A stretch of 64,000 nucleotides of DNA from an uncultured Acidobacteriota bacterium. GTDB lineage: Bacteria; Acidobacteriota; Vicinamibacteria; Vicinamibacterales; UBA823. This document shows positions 17,704 to 27,017 of the stretch, piece by piece. The translations under genes were made by a program, and so were the position numbers. Location: contig CAJXDY010000007.1 of NCBI GenBank assembly GCA_913052135.1, positions 4,141-68,140 on the forward strand. Direction: 5' to 3'. Every line of letters begins with the position of its first letter. Position 1 is the first letter of the stretch. The notes under the pieces are model-generated. The model did no database searches, had not been told where the DNA came from, and saw only the letters and a list, made by a program, of their open reading frames with translations.

Positions 17704-20364
17704 ATGAAACGGTCGATTCACGCATTCATCATTGCAGTATTGGTTGCTGCTGGCGCTTCTGTTCTAACCACGCAATCCGCCGTACCGACACCCGAGAGTG
17801 TCATTGGTTGGGCGCCGTGTGCCGATTACAAGTTGGCGACCTATGAACAGATTGATACCTATTTTCGTGCGCTTGCGGACTCAAGTGACCGGATGCAACT
17901 AATCGAAATTGGCAAAACGGCAGAAGGCCGTACGCAGACGATGGCCATAATCTCGTCGGAAGCCAATATGCGGAATTTGGACCGCTACAAGGAGATTGCG
18001 CGAACGTTGGCACAAGGTCAGGTGAGTGAGACAACGGCTCGGGCACTTGCTAACGAAGGAAAAGCTGTGGTCTGGATTGACTTTGGCTTGCATTCCACCG
18101 AGGTCGCACATGGTCAGACAGCACCGTGGATGGCGCATAACGCGGTCTCAGATGAGTCGGAAGAGATGCGGAATATTCGTGACAATGTGATTTTTTTGCT
18201 AGTGCCGAATATGAATCCTGACGGGACGACATTAGTCGCCAATTGGTACATGCAGCACGTTGGCACCGAGTTCGAGCATGCGTCACTTCCGGAGCTTTAT
18301 CAGAAGTATGTTGGGCACGACAACAATCGCGACTGGTATATGTTTAATCAACCTGAATCGCGAAATGTGGGTCGGCAACTGTATGAGGAATGGTTTCCGC
18401 AGATTATCTACAATCAACACCAGACCGGTCCGTTTCCATCGCGAATTTTTATTCCTCCATTCGCCGAACCTGTAAACCCCAACATTCCAGCGCTTGTTAT
18501 GCGTGGTATCAACGCCGTTGGGTCAGCGATGGGCCGTCGCTATGATCAAGAAGGCAAGACCGGCGTGATTTCACAGATTGGATACGATACTTGGTGGAAC
18601 GGTGGCATGCGCACGGCCCCCTATTATCACAATATGGTGGGTATCCTGACTGAGGCGTCTCACGCGTCGGCGACACCAGCAACCTACGATCGCCAGCGAT
18701 TTCCTCCACGGTTCTCTAACGGTGAATCAACAACCGAACCTTCGACTTTTTATCCCAACCCGTATCTTGGTGGTGAATGGCATATTCGAGACACATGCGA
18801 ATACATGCTAACTGGCTCGATGGCCGTACTTGATATCGGTGCCAAGCGACGGGTGGAATGGCTGTACAACATCTATCAAATGGGTCGAGACGCGATTGCG
18901 GCGGGTGAGGATGAGACCTACGTTATTTCCCTCAACCAGTGGGACCCGGGTACGGCGATTAAGTTAGTGAACGTACTCCGCCGCGGAGGCATCGAAGTTG
19001 ATCGTGCAACAGTTGACTTCATATTGGATGGGATTGAATATCCTTCCGGCAGCTTTGTGGTGGCCGGGGCGCAGGCATTCCGCCCACACCTGACGGATTT
19101 ACTTAATCCGCAGGTCTATCCCGATCGCCGCCTCTATCCGGGTGGTCCTCCAGACCGGCCGTATGACATCACTGGGTGGACTTTACCGTTCCAAATGGAT
19201 GTGAACGTTGCGAAACATTCCGGTCTTGGTAATCAGCGAGCCGAAGTAGCACTTGAACCGGTGGTGGGATTAGCCCAGCCGCCGAGTCACTCGATGCCTG
19301 ATCAACCGGCAGGCGCCTATGTCATCGACACTCGTGCGAACGATGCGTTTATTGCGGTGAATCGATTACTCGCCGCGGGCGAAACAATTTATCGTACGAC
19401 TACAGTCGTTGATGAAGGAGTGACATATGACCAATGGGGAAATCCGGTAGATACTGGTGTATGGCCTGCTGGAACGTTCTTGGTCGCGGTTGGCCTAAAC
19501 ACGCACGCTCGCGTGGCCGACGCTGCATCATCGCTTGGTCTCACGATTAGTGCTCTGGATGCTCTGCCTTCGACTGGTACCGTTCAACTTACGACGCCGC
19601 GGATTGGTCTCTATCACGCCTGGGGCGGCAACATGGACGAAGGGTGGACCCGTTGGCTTCTGGAACAGTTCGAATTTCCTTACACGAGTCTGCACGATGC
19701 CGAGGTACGCACAGGAAATCTCTACGATCGGTATGACGTAATCGTCTTACCGGATGCGACCTACCAGAGTATGCTGCACGGTTTGAGTGCTGAGCGAATG
19801 CCTGTCGAGTATACGGGCGGTATGATGATCGCTGGTCTGGCTAATTTGCACGAATTCGTGACGGCGGGCGGTACATTGGTTGCGATGGACACGGCGACGG
19901 AGTTGCCATTGGAGATTTTTGATCTGCCAATTAGTGATGTGACTGTGAGCCAGAGCGATTCCGACTATTACATTCCTGGAACGCTGTTGCGTATGGCTGT
20001 TGACAACACTCATCCACTTGCGTTCGGGATGCCAGAAGAATCGACGGCATTTTTTGCGCGTAGTCCAGCGTTTACGATCGGTCGCGCCCCAAGCCGGGCT
20101 GAGCGCTGGACGGGAACGAGTTCCAAGTCTCCTGAATCTATCCGCACGGTCGCGTCCTACCCATCGTCCCCAGACGAACTACTGAAGAGTGGATGGTTAT
20201 TGGGCGGAAACGTGATTGCTGGCCGCGCTGCCGTCGTTGAGGTTGCCATTAAAGAGGGACGCATCGTGTTGCTAGGATTCCGTGTTCAACATCGCGCACA
20301 ATCACACGGCACTTTCAAACTATTATTCAACTCGTTATTGATTAGTGATATCGAGGCGAACTAG
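17704..20364 (+). CDS. Large exported M14 family zinc carboxypeptidase-like protein
   Basis: Sec signal (AFIIAVLVAAGASVLTTQSA) and an M14 HxxE block (GLHSTEVAHGQ) with NPDG downstream. GGAGGG SD upstream. There is a long C-terminal extension. Confidence 0.8.
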   Translation: MKRSIHAFIIAVLVAAGASVLTTQSAVPTPESVIGWAPCADYKLATYEQIDTYFRALADSSDRMQLIEIGKTAEGRTQTMAIISSEANMRNLDRYKEIARTLAQGQVSETTARALANEGKAVVWIDFGLHSTEVAHGQTAPWMAHNAVSDESEEMRNIRDNVIFLLVPNMNPDGTTLVANWYMQHVGTEFEHASLPELYQKYVGHDNNRDWYMFNQPESRNVGRQLYEEWFPQIIYNQHQTGPFPSRIFIPPFAEPVNPNIPALVMRGINAVGSAMGRRYDQEGKTGVISQIGYDTWWNGGMRTAPYYHNMVGILTEASHASATPATYDRQRFPPRFSNGESTTEPSTFYPNPYLGGEWHIRDTCEYMLTGSMAVLDIGAKRRVEWLYNIYQMGRDAIAAGEDETYVISLNQWDPGTAIKLVNVLRRGGIEVDRATVDFILDGIEYPSGSFVVAGAQAFRPHLTDLLNPQVYPDRRLYPGGPPDRPYDITGWTLPFQMDVNVAKHSGLGNQRAEVALEPVVGLAQPPSHSMPDQPAGAYVIDTRANDAFIAVNRLLAAGETIYRTTTVVDEGVTYDQWGNPVDTGVWPAGTFLVAVGLNTHARVADAASSLGLTISALDALPSTGTVQLTTPRIGLYHAWGGNMDEGWTRWLLEQFEFPYTSLHDAEVRTGNLYDRYDVIVLPDATYQSMLHGLSAERMPVEYTGGMMIAGLANLHEFVTAGGTLVAMDTATELPLEIFDLPISDVTVSQSDSDYYIPGTLLRMAVDNTHPLAFGMPEESTAFFARSPAFTIGRAPSRAERWTGTSSKSPESIRTVASYPSSPDELLKSGWLLGGNVIAGRAAVVEVAIKEGRIVLLGFRVQHRAQSHGTFKLLFNSLLISDIEAN

Positions 20365-20385
20365 GGCGCCTCTCTTTAAGATAGC

Positions 20386-21342
20386 CTACATCGTGGTTGC
20401 GCCCTGTGCGTTGACTGGTCCGACATGTGCGTCCGAGTCGAGATTGGCAGCGTCTCGGAAGGCCTCTTGCATGGCCTTGGCAATCTCTCTGGCGGTTGTT
20501 TCGGCTCCTGCAAAGGCGAACAATGAGGGACCAGCGCCAGATATCGAACACCCGAGTGCTCCGCAATCGCGGGCGGCTTCCTTCACTTCAGCTAGACCAG
20601 GGATCAGTTCTGTCCGCACGGGTTCTACCAGTCGGTCGACAATGCTTCGACCGAATTGCTCAAGGTCATTTCGATGCAGCGCGTCAACGAGTGCGCCAAG
20701 GTTTCCGAGATTCCCTACGGCGTCGGCCAGCGTATAAGTGCGCTCACTTACGAGGCGACGTGCCGCCGCAGTCGAGACTTCACAGTGCGGATGCACAACG
20801 ACGACTTGAAGCGAGGTGGGAATGGGTAAGTTAATAAGTTCCAACGGCTCGTAACTGCGAATAAGGACGATACCGCCCAACATGCTGGGAGCGACGTTGT
20901 CAGCGTGCGGTGTTCCCGCAGCGACTTGCTCGCCTACCAACGCACTCGCGACCAGCGCTGTTCGTGTGAGCGGACGGCCAAGTAGTTCGTTGGTCGCAAA
21001 GGCTCCGGCTACAGCACTCGCACCGGAACTGCCCAGCCCGCTGGCAAGTGGCGTCTGCTTGTGTAGTCGAAGACAGATACCGCGATGTTCTGTCGGCACT
21101 TGGTTATCTGCTTGAACACGTCGGAGAACATCGGCAGCGGCAACGGCGGCCACATTGCGTGCTGCGTCGTACGGTAATGCTCCACCGTCCCCAGTAATTT
21201 CAAGAATGGTAACGCCTGCTGTGTCGCACCACTCGGCTTCCACCAAGTCGCCAGGTTGCGGCAACGCAAGACCAATGACATCAAACCCTGGTCCAAGATT
21301 TGAAGCACTTGCTGGAGCGAACACACGGACTTTGTTCTTCAT
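20386..21342 (-). CDS. thrB: Homoserine kinase
   Basis: GHMP kinase blocks VFAPASASNLGPGFDV and PLASGLGSSGASAVAG. Start moved to ATG 21342 (MKNKVRVFAPAS), because the longer ORF-track N-terminus looks non-coding. Confidence 0.85.
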   Translation of the reverse strand: MKNKVRVFAPASASNLGPGFDVIGLALPQPGDLVEAEWCDTAGVTILEITGDGGALPYDAARNVAAVAAADVLRRVQADNQVPTEHRGICLRLHKQTPLASGLGSSGASAVAGAFATNELLGRPLTRTALVASALVGEQVAAGTPHADNVAPSMLGGIVLIRSYEPLELINLPIPTSLQVVVVHPHCEVSTAAARRLVSERTYTLADAVGNLGNLGALVDALHRNDLEQFGRSIVDRLVEPVRTELIPGLAEVKEAARDCGALGCSISGAGPSLFAFAGAETTAREIAKAMQEAFRDAANLDSDAHVGPVNAQGATTM

Positions 21343-21767
21343 CTCTCTCAGAGTAACAGAATGAAGTGGAGAGCGACACGCCCAGTCGCCGCCGTTTCTG
21401 ACCAGTGGCATTGGTTCGACTTGGAGTCTTCTTCGCCTGGTTGAGTTTCTGGAATAGGCGTCACAACTGATGCACTAAGTCTGCAAAGATCCGGCACAGG
21501 ATTATTTGTGCACCAGAAAAATTGACCCACACTTACCAAGACCTATTCGCCGGCGAAACTTATATTTTCCAGTAACTTACGTGGAAATTTCTCGATCAAA
21601 AAGTCGGGCCAAATTTTTAAAATGATTTTCTCGGTGCGTTGTTAAGTAGCATTCCATCGCGTGGTCAGTCTAGAATGCATAACTCTGGCTTTAGTGCTTA
21701 ATTGACTTGGCGCTGAAGCGGAACTTTTGATTCGTTTTGAAGTGAAGATGTTTTTGAGGAGGATGTT

Positions 21768-22940
21768 ATGTCGCTCTCGCGTCGCGCATTTGTTCGCAGA
21801 TTAGGAATCAACCGAGCCAGTTCGTTTAACGGTGGATATATCGCCGCCCGAGGACGCGAGGCTATGGTTGCAGAGATGGCGCCAGGTGCGTTTAACGAAA
21901 GTCTCCTGCTGCCGCCTGAAGGCGACGAAATTCGCATTAGCAGTAATGAGAACCCGGTGGGTCCCGGCCCAGCAGCGTTTGAGGCGTTAGTCGAGGCCTT
22001 AGACGAAGGCGCCGGTCGTTATCCGACCAACGCGCGTCCTGGAATCGGAGATCTGGTGTCGCTTCTCGCCAGCAAGTATGGCGCAGAAAGACAGAACGTC
22101 ACGATCGGGACAGGCTCTGGTGAAATCCTCGAAAATGCCACCAAGGCGTTCACTGGACCGAACCGAGCACTGGTCACGGCTGATCCTTCGTACTTGCAGA
22201 CGGTAGGAGTTGCTCGGCAGTTCGGTTATCCGATCAAGACCGTACCGCTCGATGCCAATCTTCGCTTGGACTTGACTGCGCTGGCTAGCGCAGCCAAGGG
22301 CGCTGGGATGGTCTTTATGTGCAACCCGAACAATCCAAGTTCCACGGTGGTGGGAGCATCGGATGTTGAGGCATTTGTCGCAGAAGTGCGGCGCGTCTCA
22401 CCTGAAACCTACATCCTCATTGACGAGGCGTATCACGATTACGCCACGGACCCGAATCACCAGACGGCCATTCCACTCGCACTGCGAACGCCGCGTGTCT
22501 TTGTCGCACGGACGTTCTCGAAAGCGTACGGGATGGCTGGTTTACGACTGGGTTACGCGGTCGGCCACGCCGATACCATCGGAATTCTGTCTCGCTGGAC
22601 ACACGTGTTCAATACGAACAACTTTTCGAATGCAGCGGCTGTCGCATCGTTGAACGACCCGGATAATCTCGCCCAAGAAGTTGCGCGCAACACGGAAGCG
22701 CGTAACTACACGCGGAAGTTTTTCACCGATGCCGGTTATGAATCTGCTGACTCGCAGACGAACTTTCTCTTCGTCAATCTTGACAGACCGGCGAGTGAAT
22801 TTCGCGCTGCATGCGCTGAGCACAACGTGCACGTCGGTCGCGATTTTCCACCAATGGAAAAAACACACTGTCGGATCTCGATTGGCACAATGGACGAGAT
22901 GCGCAGGGCTACGGAAGTTTTCAAGCAGGTGCTGGCGTAG
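21768..22940 (+). CDS. HisC-like class I/II PLP aminotransferase with twin-arginine-type N-terminus (paralogue A)
   Basis: GAGGAGG SD. N-terminus MSLSRRAFVRRLG. Core blocks SSNENP, CNPNNPS, DEAYHDY and TFSKAYGMAGLRLGY (PLP lysine). Confidence 0.85.
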   Translation: MSLSRRAFVRRLGINRASSFNGGYIAARGREAMVAEMAPGAFNESLLLPPEGDEIRISSNENPVGPGPAAFEALVEALDEGAGRYPTNARPGIGDLVSLLASKYGAERQNVTIGTGSGEILENATKAFTGPNRALVTADPSYLQTVGVARQFGYPIKTVPLDANLRLDLTALASAAKGAGMVFMCNPNNPSSTVVGASDVEAFVAEVRRVSPETYILIDEAYHDYATDPNHQTAIPLALRTPRVFVARTFSKAYGMAGLRLGYAVGHADTIGILSRWTHVFNTNNFSNAAAVASLNDPDNLAQEVARNTEARNYTRKFFTDAGYESADSQTNFLFVNLDRPASEFRAACAEHNVHVGRDFPPMEKTHCRISIGTMDEMRRATEVFKQVLA

Positions 22941-22957
22941 ACGCACAGGCGTCTACG
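22936..22957 (+). other. Intercistronic GC-rich stem-loop between the two aminotransferase genes
   Basis: CGTAGACGC-ACAG-GCGTCTACG is a 9-bp stem with a tetraloop that overlaps the TAG stop of paralogue A. No U-tract follows, so it is not a classical terminator. Confidence 0.3.
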
Positions 22958-23042
22958 TGGAGTGAGTTGGGTTAAGTAGAAGTGAACAAACGTTCTGTCT
23001 GGGCAGGCACAACGGCCCGGAAAGTTTTTCGAGGAGGATGAC

Positions 23043-24212
23043 ATGTCGTTTTCACGACGCGCGTTTGTAAAGACTGTTGGGCTTGGCGGCGTAGCAGCAT
23101 TTTCGGGCAGCTATATCCCGCGGGCTTACGACCTACCAGAGTTTTGGACAGCAGAACTGCTGGCACAGGAACGTCCACTTTTACTACACAACAACGAGAA
23201 CCCGGCGGGTCCTGGCGAGCGAGCGCTCGCCGCGGCACGTGGCGTCCTCGGCGAGAATGGCGAAGGCGTCGGTCGCTACCCCTTCGCTGAGGCGAATGGG
23301 CTCTCGCGGGCCATCGCTGACCGTTTTGGTGTCGCACCGGCGAATGTGGTTCTTGGCTTGGGGTCGACGCAGGTTCTGCGCACGGCCGTGCAGGCGTATA
23401 CGTCGCCCATGAAACCGCTTGTGACGGCAACACCGACCTACGAAGAATGCACCCAATATGCGGAACTGATCGGATCACCTTTCACCGAGATCGGTTTAAA
23501 CGACAAGATGCAGTTGGATCTCAACGAAATGGCAGCAGCGGCACGGGAAGGTGCTGGACTTGTGTTCTTGAATAATCCGAACAATCCGACTGCCACGGTA
23601 CATGGAGAAGACGCCGTGATGGCCTTCATCGATGACGTGCTGACTGGTTCACCAGACACGACGATTCTGGTCGACGAGGCCTATCACGACTACGTCACCG
23701 ATGCGAGTCACAGGAGTCAAATCTCAACGGCACTGACGAATCCGCGGGTGATTGTGGCACGGACCTTCTCGAAGGCACATGGTATGGCCGGGATGCGCGT
23801 CGGCTACGGCATCGCTCATGAGGATACCGTGCGAGAGCTAATGCCATGGCACAGTTTTAACACCTTGAATGCTCTTGGCATTGCTGCAGGAACTGTGTCC
23901 ATTGGGGATACAGCGCGACTTGAAGCTGAATCCGTACGGAATACCGAGGCTCGCCAATTTACGATTGACTGGTTTAAAAACGCCGGTTTTGACGCGACTG
24001 ATTCGCAGACGAATTTCATTTTCGTCAATACGGGTATGGCAGCGCAGGAATTCCGCGATGGTGCTCGGGAAAATGGCGTGGCCGTTGGTCGCAACTTCCC
24101 ACCTTACGAAAAGGAGTGGGCACGCATTTCTATCGGGACCATGGGCGAGATGCGTCAAGCGGTCGAGGTTTTTGCGAAGGTTCTCCGGATCAACGCGACT
24201 GCAGCGGCTTAA
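23043..24212 (+). CDS. HisC-like class I/II PLP aminotransferase with twin-arginine-type N-terminus (paralogue B)
   Basis: GAGGAGG SD. N-terminus MSFSRRAFVKTVGLGGVAAFSGSY. Core blocks HNNENP, NNPNNPT, DEAYHDY and TFSKAHGMAGMRVGY. By eye it is roughly half identical to paralogue A. Confidence 0.85.
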   Translation: MSFSRRAFVKTVGLGGVAAFSGSYIPRAYDLPEFWTAELLAQERPLLLHNNENPAGPGERALAAARGVLGENGEGVGRYPFAEANGLSRAIADRFGVAPANVVLGLGSTQVLRTAVQAYTSPMKPLVTATPTYEECTQYAELIGSPFTEIGLNDKMQLDLNEMAAAAREGAGLVFLNNPNNPTATVHGEDAVMAFIDDVLTGSPDTTILVDEAYHDYVTDASHRSQISTALTNPRVIVARTFSKAHGMAGMRVGYGIAHEDTVRELMPWHSFNTLNALGIAAGTVSIGDTARLEAESVRNTEARQFTIDWFKNAGFDATDSQTNFIFVNTGMAAQEFRDGARENGVAVGRNFPPYEKEWARISIGTMGEMRQAVEVFAKVLRINATAAA

Positions 24213-24359
24213 GAGTATCTCCGTTTACTGATCTTGCGCACCGATCAACCAGTATCCGTGTACCGGTTCTGGATATACGCTTCTTCCTACGCATCCGCTC
24301 ACCTGTAGGTGGTTCGTACTCGGCGACAGAGCAGCCCGAGGGCTGATCAATAATCTCCC

Positions 24360-25706
24360 ATGAGCCAACCAGCGCCAGCACGGCTATCGCGGTCAATCAA
24401 TCTTACGCAAACGACGGCCATGGTGGTCGGGACCATTATTGGTGCGGCGATTTTTGTACAGCCTACCGAAATCACCAAACTCGTTCCGTCTTTAGGCGGG
24501 GTGGCCTTGATTTGGTTGCTCGCGGGAACATTAACTTTTTTTGGAGCGTTAGTATGCGCAGAACTCGCCTCCGCCTTTCCTCGCACTGGTGGCGTGTATG
24601 TGTTTCTGAATGAGACGTATTCGCCAGTCTTCGGATTTTTGTGGGGATGGGCGATGTTCTGGAGCATGCATTCCGGCATCCTTGCCGCCGTGGCCGTGGT
24701 GTTTGCGCGGTATCTGGATTATTTCATTCCGCTTGGCGACACGGGCATTCAGTTCGCGGCCGCCGGGGCCATTCTTGTTCTTTCAGCTGTGAATTATCGG
24801 GGCGTTGCCCACGGCAGTCGCCTACAAACGTTGTGCACGATCATTAAGGTATTGGCTATTTTTCTGATGATCGTAGTGGGCATGACGATGGTCTCCGGTG
24901 ACGCGGCTGCGGTTGGGACCAGCAGTAGCCTCGATGTGACCAGCACCTCTCCTGTCGACATTGTGCAGGCTCTCATTGCAGGATTGTTTGCGTTTGGTGG
25001 ATGGCACATGGTGACCTACGCCGCCGGTGAAACAATCGACCCAACGCGAAACATCCCTCGTGCGCTTATGTATGGATCGATTATCGTAACCGTCTGCTAC
25101 ATCGCCCTTAATGCGGTCTACATGTATATCTTGCCCCTCGATGTTGTTATTACTTCAACACGCGTCGCGGCTGACGCCGCGGATGTTGTGGTCGACGGCG
25201 GCGCCACGTTTATATCCGGCCTCGTCCTTCTCTCAACTTTTGGGGCCGTGAGTGGAATCATTTTGGCTGGACCTCGAGTTTACTTTTCGATGGCACAGGA
25301 TGGCGTGTTGTTCCCTTGGGCCGGAAAGGTGCACCCGGTCTACCGAACACCGCATCTGGCCATCGTGTTGCAAGGGGTCTGGGCGTCTGTGTTGGTGTTT
25401 ACCGGGTCGTATCAACAACTGTTTTCTCGCGTCATTTACGTGGAGTGGATTTTCTTTGGCATGATGGCTTGTGGTTTATTCTTGCTTCGTCGTCGCCCAA
25501 GTTACGCGCCGACTTATCGGATCAAGGGCTACCCGATGATTGCGGGACTTTTCGCCTTGTCTGCTGCCGTCATTGTCATTCAGCGTTTTATAGCTGAACC
25601 CTTGGAGGCAATTATCGGACTTGGTATCGTCCTCGTGGGCGTTCCTGTGTACTACTTGTGGCCGACTCATCGAAAAGGAGAAGCGACTCTTCGTGGCGAT
25701 CGTTGA
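24360..25706 (+). CDS. APC-superfamily amino acid permease
   Basis: 448-aa polytopic ORF. INLTQTTAMVVGTIIGAAIFVQP and TGGVYVFL blocks. It is a paralogue of the permease at 625-2028. Confidence 0.85.
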   Translation: MSQPAPARLSRSINLTQTTAMVVGTIIGAAIFVQPTEITKLVPSLGGVALIWLLAGTLTFFGALVCAELASAFPRTGGVYVFLNETYSPVFGFLWGWAMFWSMHSGILAAVAVVFARYLDYFIPLGDTGIQFAAAGAILVLSAVNYRGVAHGSRLQTLCTIIKVLAIFLMIVVGMTMVSGDAAAVGTSSSLDVTSTSPVDIVQALIAGLFAFGGWHMVTYAAGETIDPTRNIPRALMYGSIIVTVCYIALNAVYMYILPLDVVITSTRVAADAADVVVDGGATFISGLVLLSTFGAVSGIILAGPRVYFSMAQDGVLFPWAGKVHPVYRTPHLAIVLQGVWASVLVFTGSYQQLFSRVIYVEWIFFGMMACGLFLLRRRPSYAPTYRIKGYPMIAGLFALSAAVIVIQRFIAEPLEAIIGLGIVLVGVPVYYLWPTHRKGEATLRGDR

Positions 25707-26670
25707 TTTTCATAACCACTATTACCCGCCCACATACATCGATGCCGTTCGAGGTGGTGTCAGTTCCCTGAAGCATACGACAGACGATGAGGGCAATCCG
25801 GTGTTGTATTACCCGGGTGACTACAATGTCGTGGTGCCAGGGCATCGCGATATCGAGTTTCGCGAGGCTGTCCTGATCGAGCAGGGTATCGATAAGCAGG
25901 TACTCACCTTCACATCGCCTGGCACCCATGTCGAGACGCCGAAGGTTGCTGCGAAATTCGCTAGTCTTGTGAATGATGCGCTGGCTGAAATTAAAGCCAC
26001 GCGGTCTCGGTTTACCGCACTTGCGACCCTCCCCCTGAATGACCCGGATGCCTCCGTCAAAGAATTAGAGCGGGCGATGACCAGCCTCGGGTTTAAGGGA
26101 GTGATGTTGTTCAGTAATGTGAATGGCGTCGCACTCGCCGACGAACGCTATTGGCCGCTCTACGAGAAAGCGAACGAATTGGGTGCCGTCTGCTACATTC
26201 ACCCCATTCATCCAGTCGGCGTGGAGTCTATGACCGAGTACTGGCTGATGCCACTTGTCGGGTTTGTTCACGACACTACCCTAGCCGCTGCCAAGTTGGT
26301 GTTTACCGGAGTTGCCGAACGCTTTCCTCGTATCCGTTGGGTTCTGGCGCATTTGGGCGGCACGATTCCCTATCTCGCCGAACGGCTCGACCGTGGATTT
26401 CGGGCCTTCAAGGATTGCCGGCAGCACATTAGTGAACCACCGAGTACTTATTTAAAGCGATTTTATTACGACACCGTGAATTTCGATCAGCGAGCCTTAG
26501 AATTGGCTATCGAGTTTGCCGGTGTCGATCAGGTCCTGGCGGGCAGTGACTATCCCCACATGATCGGGAGCCTTGATCAGATGCAGGACAGTATTGCCGC
26601 GCTGACCATTTCTGAGAAGGACAAGGCGGCCATTCGGTGGGACAACACCGCCAAGCTACTCGGGTTTTAA
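25693..26670 (+). CDS. Amidohydrolase_2 (ACMSD/LigW-like decarboxylase family) protein
   Basis: VDFHNHYYP (HxH), IHPIHP, AHLGGTIPY and AGSDYPH blocks. Start placed at in-frame GTG 25693, giving a 14-nt overlap with the permease. The ORF-track start at 25621 lies inside the permease. Confidence 0.75.
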   Translation: MAIVDFHNHYYPPTYIDAVRGGVSSLKHTTDDEGNPVLYYPGDYNVVVPGHRDIEFREAVLIEQGIDKQVLTFTSPGTHVETPKVAAKFASLVNDALAEIKATRSRFTALATLPLNDPDASVKELERAMTSLGFKGVMLFSNVNGVALADERYWPLYEKANELGAVCYIHPIHPVGVESMTEYWLMPLVGFVHDTTLAAAKLVFTGVAERFPRIRWVLAHLGGTIPYLAERLDRGFRAFKDCRQHISEPPSTYLKRFYYDTVNFDQRALELAIEFAGVDQVLAGSDYPHMIGSLDQMQDSIAALTISEKDKAAIRWDNTAKLLGF

Positions 26671-26684
26671 CGCCACGGTCGCAG

Positions 26685-27017
26685 TCAGCGTCTATTCGAT
26701 GACTGCGACATGCTGACGACATACTCGTAGATCAGTACGATTTGTTCATCCGTGACATTTTCTTCAGCTTGGCCAGGCATTTCTCCGATCCCTTCGCGGA
26801 CGATCCTCGTGAAGGCTGCGAAGTCGAACTCCACCGGAATAAGTGAAGGCCCTTTCGCTCCTCGGGCGCTGGGCCCGTGACACATCACGCAACCAGCTTC
26901 GGATAATGCCTTCTTCCCTGGAGGGGTTTCGGGCTGTGCCCAGAGAACTCCAGCGCCGACTACCAAGCACACTATCAAGGTAAAGAGGCCGTAGCCCACA
27001 GTGCGCGTACCTTGCAT
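26685..27017 (-). CDS. Small exported class I c-type cytochrome
   Basis: Signal peptide (GLFTLIVCLVVGAGVLWAQP), a single haem motif C-V-M-C-H and a distal Met block (GIGEMPG). Its ATG overlaps the upstream TAA (TAATG). Confidence 0.8.
   Translation of the reverse strand: MQGTRTVGYGLFTLIVCLVVGAGVLWAQPETPPGKKALSEAGCVMCHGPSARGAKGPSLIPVEFDFAAFTRIVREGIGEMPGQAEENVTDEQIVLIYEYVVSMSQSSNRR

Noticed and set aside
21343-21539. N-terminal extension of thrB (ORF-track start 21411) and the 63-aa ORF at 21348-21539
   Set aside because: The extension (MPLVRNGGDWACRSPLHSVTLRE) has no counterpart in homoserine kinases as I know them. The GHMP fold starts at MKNKVRVFAPAS. The 63-aa ORF has no SD or recognisable features.
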